Under the pieces are notes generated by a model. It was not told the DNA's origin. It searched no databases and saw only the letters and a list, made by a program, of their open reading frames with translations. Source: Carcharhinus amblyrhynchos (Eukaryota). From it: a stretch of 64,000 nucleotides of DNA. The position numbers were made by a program, and so were the translations under genes. Positions 23,959 through 36,930 of this stretch are shown here, in pieces; position 1 is the stretch's first letter, and each line of letters starts with the position of its first letter. The DNA lies in the NCBI GenBank assembly GCA_965287045.1, contig OZ336878.1, positions 110,422,001-110,486,000 of the forward strand. Direction: 5' to 3'.

Positions 23959-25587
23959 GTAAGTAATCTGCACCCGGGCTCTCTCATGTGTCTATTAATA
24001 AGCATATATACACACACGCATACACACAGCATTACACATCCACACAGATACTTGTTATCGAGGTTTATATACCCATATATGCGTGTATTATATATCTACT
24101 TATATTAGAAACAAACATTTAAATATTTCACGCAGAGACATCGATACACACATCTGTAAATATATCATCTATATTATTCAGATACGTATTTCACATAGAG
24201 GTATAAATGCATATGCATAAACATATTGCACACACACACACTTCCACACGCACAGATACGCACGCACACATACTCCCACATGCATGCACACATATGTGCA
24301 CAGACATGCATGTACACAAAAGAACACGCACACATACCAACATATATATATACACACACACACATACTCAGGCACACACGGACTCATCCATACACTCAAA
24401 CACATACACACTCACACGGGCACATACACTCAAACGCACACAACACACGGGTACATACATCAACACTCTCTCACACACACAGGCATACACACAAACACAC
24501 ACACACAAACACACACACACACACACATGCACACAGACAGATATAGACACACACGCACACGCATAGGAATTACTGGCAAATAACTGAAGCTCCTCATCCC
24601 TGGAACCATTCTCGTGAATCTTTTTCGCAATTTGTTCAATCCATCCAAATCAGTTTTGGGATGCGGGAACAGCGTGTGGGGACATAATGGGTCGGTTCGG
24701 ATCATTAGATGGAGCTTAGACAAATATGGGGTGATCTCATAAATACCGATAATTTCTAACAAGACTAGACAGGGTAAATGCATTAAGGGATATTCCCGAT
24801 AGTAGGATGTCCAGAACCAGGAGTCACAGCCTAAGGATACACGGTTAACAGTTTAAGTTTGCGATGAGGAGAAAGTTCTTCATTCAGAGAGTGGTGAGCC
24901 TGTGGACTTCGCTAGCACAGAAAGCAGTTGACTGCAAAACATCGTATGTTTTCAAGAAGGAAGTAGATATAGCTCTTGAGCTAAATGTAGAGGAGAGGCG
25001 GGAATAGGGTACTGAGTTGGATGATCATCAATTAATATAATGAAAGGCTGGAAGGGCTGTATTTCATACTCCTGCCCCTATTTTATATGTTCCTATGTTT
25101 GTAAAGTGTGATGGCCAAAATATTATTTTATACAGGGTCGACATAACCTCTGTGCCCCATTAATAAATGCTGTATACTTCATTAACAGCCGCCTCCTCCC
25201 CATTCCGCCACCTTCAACGATTTATGCACGTACAATCGGGGTGACTCTTTATTTTTCTCTTATCTCTTCGTGTTTTTTCTACCAAAACGAATCACTTCAC
25301 AGCTCTCTGCATTAAATCAAATCCCCCATTTGACCCCCGGTTCCAGCAAACTGTCCATATGCCATTTCGAACTCCTCCACTATCCTCATCGCCCTTCACA
25401 ATGCCGTCAAAATTTTTATGCTTCACAACTTTAGAAAATTGTGCCCTGTGAATCAAGGTCATTGATACATGTAATATCATAGGTTTCTTATTCCTTGTCG
25501 CTCTTTGGCGATTGTGCAAAGGCGGAGTTGCCACCCCTCCTCGCGTATAAAGCTCGGAGCAACAATGTAGCGTGGCGCGACTATTGC

Positions 25588-25630
25588 ATGTTTACCGGAG
25601 TTACCGACTCTAGAGTTACAGTCTACCAAG
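25588..25630 (+). pseudogene. Second copy of the truncated V-exon 5' relic
   Basis: atgtttaccggagttaccgactctagagttacagtc. Confidence 0.7.
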
Positions 25631-26384
25631 CAAGGATAGAGAATGATAAGAATTGTTGACCCTGTTTCCCTCTTTACGATTACATGGACATTTTAATTTG
25701 CCTTTACATGCACAAGAGGAGTCTGGCTAAAAAAAAAGACAGGTAACCACTAAGATTTAATATTTTCGACTCACTGGATAGAGTGAAAACCTGCAGTGTG
25801 CTTGACCGCTTGCTGAAAAAGTGCCCGATTTTCCTACAATTTGGATTTTAATTTATCACCAGTTTTTTTTATATACACGCCTAGTTGGTAACTTAGCTCC
25901 CCCCCCACCCCGCCCACCCCTAGCTAGTGTAAGATAGCATTTGCACTAAAGCGTAATATTCACGCTTCTGACCTGCTTTCGGGAACACAGTGGAGCCAAT
26001 GAAATATTTGCAAGCAAAGACTTCCATTGTTCTGCAGCAGTTGCCGCCAGCGCCAGATAAAATGTATTGTAGTCAATTCCCGTTAAATGAAGGGCAGCTT
26101 CAGCCTCGTTGCTCCTCTTCATTTGTGGTTTAGGCTGAGGGGTAGAAAGAAAAGTCTCAGAAAGCAGACTCTAAGATAGATTGCACATCAGAAATAAAGC
26201 TGGAAAATATCATTCGGAATTCAGGCAGTACTCAGTGTACACTCAGGGCGAGCAAAGGTTGGCGAGAAACAGGGAGACACGGCGAGAGATTCTCCGCTCT
26301 CCAAGCCGTGTGATTCCGGCCGGCGGGTGGTGGCGCGTTGTTTGCCAGCGGCGTGATTCACTGGTGCCACCGCTATCAACGGGG

Positions 26385-26757
26385 AGGTGGAGGCTTATCG
26401 GTATTTTCTCTAGGCTATTAATCCAGAAACTCAGCCAATGTTGTGGGGACCCGGGTGCGAATCCCGCCAAATTCCAAATTCAAATTTCACTGGTGGAATT
26501 TGACTGCAACACAAAATTCCTGGAATTAAGAATCTATTGATGAACATGAAACCATTGTTGATTGTCGGAAAAACCCATCTGGTTCACCAATGTCCTTTAG
26601 GAAAGCAAATCTGCCCGTTCTTACCTGGTCTGCCCTGCATGTGACTTCAAAGCCATGGCAATGCAGCTGACTCTCAACTACCCTCGGGCAGCTTGGGATG
26701 GACAATAAATGCGGCTCCAGCCAGCCATGACTGTGTCCCATGAACGAAAGAAAAAAT
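26385..26757 (+). mobile_element. SINE family C inserted into the MITE-like element (copy 2 only)
   Basis: Flanks ..agcgg / aaaaat.tcccattgac are contiguous in copy 1 at about 4885. Confidence 0.8.
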
Positions 26758-26879
26758 GTCCCATTGACGTCACCCCATGCTAGCAAGAAACCAGCAGGAG
26801 AATCCCGACAGTGTGAATGGCCAAAGAATTGCGGCCAGGATCTTTTAATCTTTAATATTAATTTTACTCATTAATCTCA

Positions 26880-27160
26880 AAGTAGTCTTAATTTAACACT
26901 GCAATGAAGTTACTGTGAAAAACCCTCAGTCGTCACACTCCGGCGCCTGTTCGGGTATACTGAGAGAGAATTCAACATTAGCAATGCACCCTAACCAGCA
27001 CATCTTTCGGACTGTAGGAGGAAACGAGAGCACCCGGAGGAAACCCACACAGACAAGGGGAGAAGGTGCAGACCCCGCACAGAGAGTGACCCAAGCCGGG
27101 AATCGAACCCGGGTCCCTAGCAGTGTGAGGCAGCAATGCTAACCACTGTGTCACCATGTC
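26880..27160 (-). mobile_element. SINE family B (paralog of 4985-5272)
   Basis: Same position within the duplicated block. Confidence 0.8.
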
Positions 27161-27335
27161 ATAAATCGATGACCCTTCTTCAGAAAACTGAAGCGTTAAA
27201 ATGACCCGTTGCGCGACTGAACTGCTTGTTGCTGTTAGCTGTGATATCCATTTCAGAGCCCAGTGTTTCTGTAACTCAAAACCAACAATGTGAAGTGGCC
27301 TGACTGTTAATGAGGATATAAATTTATGTTTACAG

Positions 27336-27689
27336 GAGTTACTGACTCTGGAGTTACAGTCAAGCAGACACCGAACTCTGTTAGTGTTAAAGAAGGCGAC
27401 ACCATCCACCTGTATTGTAGCTTCAGCGAGATTGCGACCGATTCAAGAAACGGAGCTATTGGTTCAGCCACTTGGTATAAAGATTTCCGAACCTGTGAAG
27501 TCTGCCACAACTGCACAGAATATATCGGACGTGTTCAGAATTCTGATGTATCTTCCTTCCGCGAATTCAGAAACGCATCCATATCAATAACCAATGTGAC
27601 CCTGAACGACACAGGGAAGTATTACTGTGAGGTGGAGCTTGTGTTCGGCGTAAAGGGGACCGGAGAAGGAACAGATGTCACAGTAAATC
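27336..27689 (+). CDS. NCR3: NKp30/NCR3-like gene B, VJ-type IgV exon
   Basis: ttacag| ... C|gtgagt, 354 nt, open (ORF 27326-27712), canonical Cys/Trp/DxGxYYC/GxGT. Confidence 0.9.
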
Positions 27690-29374
27690 GTGAGTTTGTG
27701 TTGCACCTGTAGCCTCACATTCTTTCCAAATTGACACGTAAATGGGAACTAGGGATAATTAATCCACCCGCAGATTGAAAGTCCCCCATGCTGGGTCTTG
27801 CCCACACAAATTGAATGCTGACGAGATCGGATGCAATCCTCGGGATTTCACTCTGTCCGGGTTTGCTATGTTTCTACAATAGTGGAGGAGAATTCTGGAC
27901 CAGGTATAAAGCACAGTCACAACACCATACAATGGTTTCAGCCCCCTGTGTCTGTGCATGCTTGTTGTGCAAGCTCATTTCTGGAGCAACACAATGTGCC
28001 CCAATCCCTGGCACTTTTCTTAAACAGTATCACATTCTATTTTGAACGTTAGATCCTTATTTACTTCTCTGTTAAAACCCAGAACTAGTTATCTCCAACA
28101 CAGTCTGAACGAGTGGATTCCAGATCCTAACCACTCAGTGCGTGAAATGAATGCTTTATCTCCCTCGTGCCCTTGTTGGCGGATCACCTGAAGTCCATCT
28201 CATCTCCTTCTCGACACTATTGTAATAGTTTGACTCCAACTAGTCTGCCCAGACCCTCGTGATTGTGCACGCCTCTATGATATCTCTTTTTAACCTCTCG
28301 CCTTTGAGGAGAAACAGGCCTAGAGGGTTCTCCAATCTATCTACAAGCTGAAGTCTCTCAAACCTGGAAATATTTTGATAAATCGTTTCTGCATACTCTC
28401 CAAAGCTTTAACATCGTTTTGGAAAGTTTGGCAGCCAGAATTGGGAACAATGCCCCAGTTGAGGCCGAACTGGCGTTTAAGTTTTTTAAAAAATCGTCAT
28501 AGCTTCCTTACTTCTGCATTCAGTGCCTCCGTTCATAAATTCTTAAATGCAGTATGCTTGCAAACCACTTTCTCAACGCACCCTGGTAACTCCATCGATT
28601 TCCGCACATATACCCTCATAGGGGATTTTCACAATAACTTCATTGCAGTGTTAATGTAAGCCTACTTGTGGCACTAATATGTTTTAAAAATTCATTCGTG
28701 GGGCATGGGTGTCTCTGGCCAGGCCAGCATTTATTGCCCGCCCCTAGTTGCCATTGAGAAGATGGTGTTGGTCTGCCTCTTGAATGGCTGCAGTCCATGA
28801 GAGCAGACTGCAGTCCATGGCATTAACTTAACTTTAACTCATATATTTCCTGTCCCTCCATGTTTCCCGCCCTCCTGACAATTCAGGGATGCATCTCAAC
28901 TGTCCTTGGGGAACTTTCAACTTCAAGTGAGTTGCCCTATTGAATACTGCACTTTACAATTTTTTTGCTACCATATCCAGACACTTTGTTAAGTCATGTT
29001 TAATTCCGACTTTGACATCATTGTCTTCCTTATTAATAACACATACAAAACATTAAGTTGTTCCTCAGCCATTCCTTATACTTCCATGCGTAATTTTTAG
29101 TCCCTAATCGACCTGATACTTGCCCTAACCACCGGTTTCTACTAAAGTGCTTGTAGACTTTTGGATTCCTTCATGTTAGCTTCCAATCACTCCTTGTGGT
29201 CTCCCTTCGCCTCTTTGGTTTCCTTTTCATTCCCTCTATGTTCCTATTTTCAATCTGCTTCTTATTTGTATTGATAATAAATATAGAATAGACAATCAAC
29301 CTTAATTTACTCTCTTCCTCATCATGCAGCGAGTGCTAATGTAGTGTACCCTGATTTTTACCCTTGTGGAACTT

Positions 29375-29770
29375 TATTTTTATTCATTCGTTGGACCTGG
29401 GCCTCGCTGCTTGGTCAGCATTTATTGCCCATCCCAAGTTGCCCTTGGGAAGGTGGTGGTGAACTGCCCTGTTGAAACGCAGAATGGCTTGCTCGGCCAT
29501 TTCAGAGGGAAGTTGAGAGTCAACCACGTTGCTGTGGCTCTGGAGTCACATATTGGCCAGAACAGGCAAGGACGGCAGATTTCCTCCCCCAAAGAATATT
29601 AGTGAACCAGATGGGGTTTTCCAACAATCGACAATGGTTTCATGGTCATCAGTGCATTCTTAATTGCTTTTTTTTATTGAATTCAAATTCCACCACCTGC
29701 TATGGTGGAATTCGAACCCTGGTCCCCAGTACAATAACTGGGTTTCAGGATTAATAGTCATGTAGGTAGG
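29375..29770 (-). mobile_element. SINE family C
   Basis: cagcatttattgcccatccc ... ggaattcgaaccc in reverse. Confidence 0.75.
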
Positions 29771-30935
29771 CCTAGGTATTAAAGTTACAAGTTAATGTTG
29801 CATTCGGCAAAAATACCCAGCTTCTGTTACATAAACACGAAATGGGAACAGTAACAGGTTATCATTGGATTGTGGATCCAACTTCACATCCCGCCTGCCC
29901 ACCATAATCCTGATTCCCTTGTTAACCACGACTAATTACAGCGGAATGGGTGAAACTGTACGAACTTCATTTCTAGAATAATCCTAATATTAAAAAAAGT
30001 GACAGAAAAGTAAACTTGATTTGGGCGATTCTTATTTTGCATTATTTACTGTCACGTGACGGCAATGCTTGCCATTAGGGAATCATCATTCCAAGAATTT
30101 GAACGAGACAAGTCAGAATAGAAAGGAGGATTTCAGTTAGGCGAGGATTCACCAGACCATTTTCTTTCTATATGTCCGATATCAAGATACCGTATTGGCG
30201 AAATAGGCAAACAAAATATTGGAACACACTTTCCTTTCCACCAGCAGAAATTAAAACAAAGCAGCAAGAACATAGATTGTCATTTGCTGTAACAACGAAG
30301 CTGAAGACATTCCAGCCATTTTTATATTTGGGATATTCAGTATGCCCAGCTGGCTGCTGAGTCAGAACTCGAAATATCTCCAGGGTTGGCAAAACACAGC
30401 AATAAGAATTCAGCCTGCAGCAAATGGAAAATAAATAATTTATTTGTACGCCCAGAAATACGAGAGAGGGGTGTGGGGGCGGTTGGAGAGGTGGAAGGGG
30501 GGAAGGGATACAGTTGTGCAGAACATTGTGCATCTGTTCACTTCACATCCCCCTACAATCAATCAAACAATCTCCGAGGAAATCTTGTATTCGTGGAACT
30601 GGTGCGTTCTAAAGGCTTTATCTGCTCACTATCTGTCTGCCGTTCGGCGCCAATGCTCTTGGTTCTCACCCTAAGTTACTTTGCTTTCAACTAAAATGTA
30701 CGACCAGCAATGGTTATCACCCAAACACAAATGGGGATGGTGGTTGACACGTTATTTTGACTTTTCTGCTCATTAGCTTGGGGCTCTGTGCATCGAGGTG
30801 CTGAAACTCACCTGCGGTTTTTCAACTGAAGTATGAAGCTCAGAATAGCTCCCCCACCCCCACACCCACCCCCCATCAAAAACACAGTAGCGGATGGAAA
30901 GAAAGACATGGTTTACTGTTGTTTGCTTTCTAAAG

Positions 30936-31068
30936 GTCATGTTGATTCTGAAGTGACAACACCGCCAAGCCAATGGAACACATATCTGCTTATTTTCTCC
31001 GTGCTGGCTTTTGTGGCACTCGTTCTCATCCTAAGTAATTTATATTCTGCAATGCAGGGGACCACCAG
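30936..31068 (+). CDS. NCR3: Gene B stalk/TM exon with a 5-bp deletion; donor at 31068 (frameshifted) or cryptic in-frame donor at 31034
   Basis: ctttctaaag| acceptor; RHVDSEVTTPPSQWNTYLLIFSVLAFVALVLIL; 133 nt versus 138 nt in gene A. Confidence 0.85.
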
Positions 31069-31299
31069 GTAATTATTCTGAATTCAGTCTATTTTACAAT
31101 GTGGAATGAGAACTTAACACCTATTTCTTTCCTGCAAGGCATGAATGACTATATGTCTGAAGAATAGCATGGCTGATCTATGGCTTACATTGTTATAAAC
31201 CTACAGTGTCTCCACAATAATCAGCATGATTGATAATTGCAGTAATACCAGCATTTCCATGAATATTCTTATATTGCAAAAGGAATTTTTAGTTAACTT

Positions 31300-31560
31300 A
31301 TTAGTCTCAAGTAAGGCTTACATCAACACTGTAATGAAATTACTGTGAAATTCTCCTATTCGTCACAGTCCAACGCCTGTTCAGGTCAATGCAGCTAACC
31401 ACCAAGTCTTTCAGAATGTGGGAGGAAGCCTGAACACCGGAAGGAAACCCGCGCAGATACAGGGAGCAATCCACGTAGACAGTCACCGAAGCTGGGAATC
31501 GAACTTGAGCCCCTGGCGCTGTGAAGCAGCAGTGCTGAGCATTGTGCTACCATGCCGCCC
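31300..31560 (-). mobile_element. SINE family B (paralog of 8130-8370)
   Basis: Same position within the duplicated block. Confidence 0.75.
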
Positions 31561-32099
31561 ACTACTTACGTTAAATTTAGAAAATTATTTATAACTTCGC
31601 ATAACTTGAAGCTGCAAATATCATGGCCTGTGTCATAGGTAGATATTAATTATGATGGATATACGGGAGAGTCAGGCCACTCGGCTTAACCAATCCATGC
31701 CGCTCCCATTCAAACTTTCTCCTAACATTTTAAAAATTTAAATATATCATTATAACCATTTATACCTTCTTCCCTCATTTGCTTGCCTGCATTCCCTTAC
31801 ATGTGTCTATACTATTTGCACTAACCAGCCCTCTGTGGTAACAAGTCCCATATTTTTACCAGCTTTTGGGGAAGAGATTGCTTCTGAATTGCCTATCGGA
31901 TTTCTTTGCCACCATATTATATTGATGGATTCTATTTATATACTTCCCCACAAGAGGAATCGTTCTTTTTATATCCACTCCATCAAACCTACCATAATAT
32001 TTGAAGTCCTGTTTTCGGTAACCATTCAAACATTATTTTCCGAGAGAGGTGGGAAGAAGCCTACCGATCCCTACCATATACCTTACCGAAGCCTACCAC

Positions 32100-33087
32100 A
32101 TACATAGACGATCTGGAGGAGGGGGCTGAGTGTAGGGTAACAAAGTTTGCTGATGACACAAAGGTGAGTGGAAAAGCGAATTGCGTGGAGGACGCGGAAA
32201 GTCTGCAGAGAGATTTGGATAGGCTGAGTGAGTGAGCGAGGACCTGGCAGATGGAGTATAACGTTAGCAAATGTGAGGTTATCCACTTTGGAAGAAATAA
32301 TAGTAGGATGGAATATTATTTAAATGGTGAAAGGCTGCAGCATGCTACTGTGTGGAGGGACCTGGGGGTCCTTGTGCACGAATCACAAAAACCCAGTCTG
32401 CAGGCGCAGCAGGTGATCAAGAAGGCGAATGGAATGTTGGCCTTTATAGCGAGGGGCGTAGAATATAAAAACAGGGAGGTCTTGCTGCAACTGTACAAGG
32501 CACTGGTGAGGCCGCAAATGGAGCACTGTCTGCAGTTTTGGTCCCCCTAATTGTGAAAGGATATATTGGCCTTGGAGGGAGTACAGAGAAGGTTCACCAG
32601 GCTGATACCAGAGATGAGGGGGTTTGCTTATGAGCAGAGATTGAATAGATTGGGTCTGTACTCGTTGGAGTTTAGAAGGCCGAGGGGGGCTCTTGTAGAG
32701 ACTTACAAGATAATGAAGGGGCTAGATAGGTTAGAGGCAGAGAGATTCTTTCCACTGAGAAAGGAAACCAGAACCAGAGGGCACAGCCTCAACATAAGGG
32801 AGGGGGGGGGGTGCAGTTTAGAACAGAGTTGAGGAAGAACTTCTTCTCTCAGAGGGTGGTGAATCTCTGGAATTCTCTGCCCATTGAAGTGGTGGAGGCT
32901 ACCTCGTTGATTATATTTAAGCCTCGGGTAGATAGATTTCTGATCGATAAGAGAATTAAGGGTTATGGGGAGCAGGTGGGTAAGTGGAACTGATCCACTT
33001 CAAATCAGCCATGATCTTATTGAATGGCGGGGCAGGCTCGAAGGGCTAAATGGCCTACTCCTGCTCCTATTTCTTATGTTCTTATGA
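32100..33087 (+). mobile_element. CR1/HER1 LINE 3' ~1 kb, disabled RT
   Basis: KFADDTK motif at about 32142, ORFs 32251-32550, 32566-32832, 32811-32993, TTCTTATG tail. Confidence 0.93.
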
Positions 33088-34076
33088 TCTGCTCCTGATA
33101 CCCATGGGATTCTGATATCTTCCTTGTATATCTTCTCTGCATCATCTCCAGTGTCGATATCATTTTCATAACATGCTCACCATAGCTATACTCTGCATTC
33201 TAAGTGCAATCTAACCAAGATTCAATCCAGGTTTAGCGTAATTTCCATACTTTCAGTTCTCTCCCCCTAGAAATAACGGCTAGTACTTGGCTTGCTTTGC
33301 TCATCTGTAGCAATCTTTAGTGGTTGATGTATTTGTACTATGAAATCCTTCTGGTCCTATATCCCACTTGGGCGTGCAACTTACAGGTGATAAATTACCC
33401 CCTTATTCTTCCTACTAACATGTACCATTTTACCATTAAATGTTGAAATTTATTTGCGAATTTACTTCCCTTCAATTTTATTAGCATTCTATGCAATTTG
33501 CTGGAGACCTCCTCAATATTAGCGATTCAGCCCCAAAGTGGAGTCATTGGGCAATTTAGAAATTGTGCGTTTGATTCCAAAGCCAATTTGTTAACATAAG
33601 CACCGACCATCAGTGATCTCAACACTGATCCTTGTGAGTTACAATTTTATTCACTTTGAATACCTGCTCTTTGATTCAACTCTCTGTTTTCTAGCTTGAC
33701 GTCAGATAGCTTGTCATTCTGGCATCTATCCCTTAAATGCACATTTTCTGGCCTTGTTGATTAGTCCAGGCATATTATCAATTCCTTTAGAAAATCCTGA
33801 TAAATTACACCCATTCCATTGCCGTTCTCTTTTTCTTTTACCTCCACTTAAAATCCCATAGTTTCAATAAGATCCTCCTTTATCCTTCTAAACTGAAACG
33901 ACTATAGATCCACAGTCCTCAACTCTTCCTCATAAGACAAGCTCTTCACTCCAGGGATCATTTTGTGAACGTCCTTTGGAGGTATAACTGACCAGACAGA
34001 GTGTTCCCTTTCCAAATCGATGCACGACAATGTTCTTCATATCGTACTTTTTTTTTCTGATCCCTGCTTTGGTAAG

Positions 34077-34152
34077 GCATCCGGAATAAGGAGGTGAACT
34101 AGCATCCGGAATAAGGTAGATGAACAGCATCCGGAATAAGGTAGGTGAACTT
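34077..34152 (+). repeat. Three tandem ~25-bp copies of gcatccggaataagg(t)aggtgaac at the LINE 5' junction
   Basis: Direct reading; the third copy continues into the LINE endonuclease region. Confidence 0.85.
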
Positions 34153-35865
34153 GGAGCATGGATTGGCACTGGGACTATGATGTTATGGCCATTACGGAGA
34201 CATGGTTAGAGCAGGAACAGGCTGGTTGTTTTAAGTTCCGGGGTATAGACGATTCAGTAAGGGTAGGGAAGGTGTTAAAAGAGGTGGAGGAGTATCATTG
34301 TTAATCAAGGATAGTTTAATGGCTGCAGAAAGGCAGTTCAAGGGGGACCTGCCTACTGAGGTAATCGGGGCTGAAGTTAGAAATAGGAAAGGAGCAGTCG
34401 CGTTGTTAAGAGTTTTCTATAGGCGCCCAACTAGTAATAGAGATGTGGTGGAAGAAATTGCAAAGCAGATTATGGATAGGTGTGGAGGTCACAGGGTAGT
34501 TGTCATGGGTGACTTTAACTTTCCAAATATTGATTGGAACTTTTATAGGTCGAATAGTTCGGATGGGGCAATTTTTGCACAGTGTGTGCAAGAGGGTTTC
34601 CTATCACAATATGTGGATAGGCCGACAAGTAGTGGGGCCACGTTGGACTTGGTACTGGGTCATGAACCAGGCTAAATATTAGATTTGTTTGTGGGAGAGC
34701 ACTTTGGAGATAGTGACTATATTTTGGTGCCTTTCATTATTGCAATGGAGAGGGATAGGGCCATACGGCAGGGCAATGTTTATAATTGAGAGAGGGGTAA
34801 TTATGATGCGATTAGGCAAGAATTAAGGAGCAAAAGATGGGAACAGAAACTGTTAGGGAAAGGCACAAATGAAAAGTGGAGCTTGTTCAAGGAACAACGA
34901 CTGCGTGTCTTTGAGAGGTATGTCCCTGTCAAGCAGGGAGGAAATGGCCGAGTGAGGGAACTATGGCTCACAAAAGAGGTTGAATGTCTTGAAAAAGGAA
35001 GCGTATGTAAGGATGAGAAAACAAGGTTCAGTTGGGTCGCTTGAGGGTTACAAGGTAGCAAGGAATGAGCTAAAAAAACGGGCTTAAGAGAGGTAGGAGG
35101 GGGCATGAGAAGTCCTTGGTGGGTTGGATCAAGGAAAACCCCAAGGCTATTTACTCTTATGTGAGAAATAAAAGAATGACCAGGGTGAGGTTAGAGCTGC
35201 TCAAGGAAAGTCGTGGGAACTTGTGCATAAAGTCAGAAGATATGGAAGAGGCGACAAATGAGGGGCCATGTTTTTGAAGATGAGAGTGTGATACAGGCTG
35301 AAAGGCTGGAGGAGATAGATGTTTTGAGGGAAGATGTATTAGCAATTTTGAAAAATCTGAGGGTTGATAAACTCCCTGGGCCAGATGGGATATATCCTAG
35401 GATTCTTTGGGAGGCAAGGGATGAGATTACAGAGCCTTTGGCTTTGATCTTTTGGTCCTCACTGTCCACGGGGATAGTACCAGAGGACTGGAGAGTGGCA
35501 AATGTTGGTTCTCTCTTCAAGAAGGGTAATAAGACGCTGGTAATTATAGGCTGGTTAGTCTTTGGTGGTCAGTAGTTTAATGGAAAAGGTCCTGATGGAT
35601 AGGGTTTATGACCATTTGGAAAGATGCAACTTAATCTGGGATAGTCAACACAGATTTGTGAAGGATAAGTCTTGCCTCACAAATTTGATTGAATTCTTTG
35701 AGGAAGTAACTAAGTGTGCAGATGAAGGTAGAGCAGTCGTATACATGGTTTTTAGTAAGGCATTTGATAAGGTTTCCCATGGTGAGCTGATGAAGAAAGT
35801 AAGGTGGTGTGGCATAGACGGAAATTTGGGCAATTGGGTAAGTATCTGGCTATCTCATAAGTCAT
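34126..35865 (+). mobile_element. Degenerate CR1 ORF2: APE endonuclease plus N-terminal RT
   Basis: AITETW, VVMGDFNFPNIDW, ATLDLVL, PGPDGIYPRIL, PEDWRVANV, SCLTNLIEFFEEVT, FSKAFDKV. Confidence 0.92.
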
Positions 35866-36930
35866 GATGTGGAGATGCCGGCGTTGGACTGGGGTAAACA
35901 CAGTAAGAAGTCTCAACACCAGGCTAAAGTCCAACAGGTTTATTTGATAGTAAACTTCACTAGCTTTCGGACCACTGTTCCTTCGTCAGGTGAGTGGAGG
36001 GCTCTGATCACAAGCAGGGCTTATAAAGGCACACACAATTTACAGAATACTGATTAGAATGTGAGCCTATACAGCTAATCTGCTATTCAAGTCTTAAAGG
36101 CGCAGACAGTGTGAGTGGAGATAGCATTAAGCATAGGTTAAAGAGATGTGTATTGTCTCCAGACAGGACAGTAAGTGAGATGTTGCAAATTCAGGCAAGT
36201 CATGGGGGTTTCAGATAGTGCGACATGAACCCAAGGTCCTGGTTGAGGCCACCCTCATGTGTGCGGAACTTGGCTATCAGTTTCTGCTCAGCGACTCTGG
36301 GCTGTTGTATGTCGTGAAGGCCACCTTGGAGAACGTTTACTCGAAGATCAGAGGCCAAATGCCCGTGACCGTTGAAGTGCTCACCAACAGGAAGGGAACA
36401 ACCGGGATCTTGGGTTCATGTGAAACATATTGAAACATATAAGATGATTAGAGGTTTAGATAGGGTGGATAGTGATAGCCTTTTTCCTCGGATGGAGAAA
36501 GCTAGCACGAGGGGGCATGGCTTTAAATTAAGGGGGGGGGGGGGTAGTTATAGGACGGATGTCAGGGGTTGGTTCTTTACCCAGAGGGTGGTGAGGGACT
36601 GGAATGCCCTGCCTGCTGCAGTTGTAAATGCGCCTAGTTTGGGGGCGTTTAAGAGATCTGTGGATAGGTTTATGGACGAAAAGGGATTGGTTTAGATTAG
36701 TGGGTCAGTGTTTTTTTTTAAAAAACTGGTCGGCGCAACATCGTGGGCCGAAGGGCCTGTTCTGCGCTGTAATGTTCTATGTTCTATGTCGCGCTATCTG
36801 TAACCTCCATGACTTGCCTGAACTTGCAACAACTCACTTTCTGTCCGGTCTGGAGACAATACACATCTCTTTAACCTATGCTAAATGCCATCTCCACTCA
36901 CATTGTCTGCACCTTTAAGACTTGTTCCTG
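35866..36930. mobile_element. Penelope-like fragment with inverted arms, containing a nested CR1 3' end (about 36421-36787)
   Basis: About 36080-36245 is the reverse complement of 36400-36420 joined to 36786-36920; CR1 ORF 36372-36695. Confidence 0.7.

Larger units (their letters stand above)
22582..31800 (+). repeat. Segmental duplication copy 2 (gene B 5' part)
   Basis: Collinear with 826-8610, with several differential indels and insertions. Confidence 0.9.

Noticed and set aside
27336-27689. Possible rearranging TCR/Ig V segments
   Set aside because: J-like strand is already in the exon, no RSS seen, no C-domain exons, and V joins directly to a TM exon; motifs fit NKp30
34077-34152. CRISPR-like short repeats (also 40410-40630, 46347-46424)
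   Set aside because: No unique spacers, no cas genes, vertebrate context
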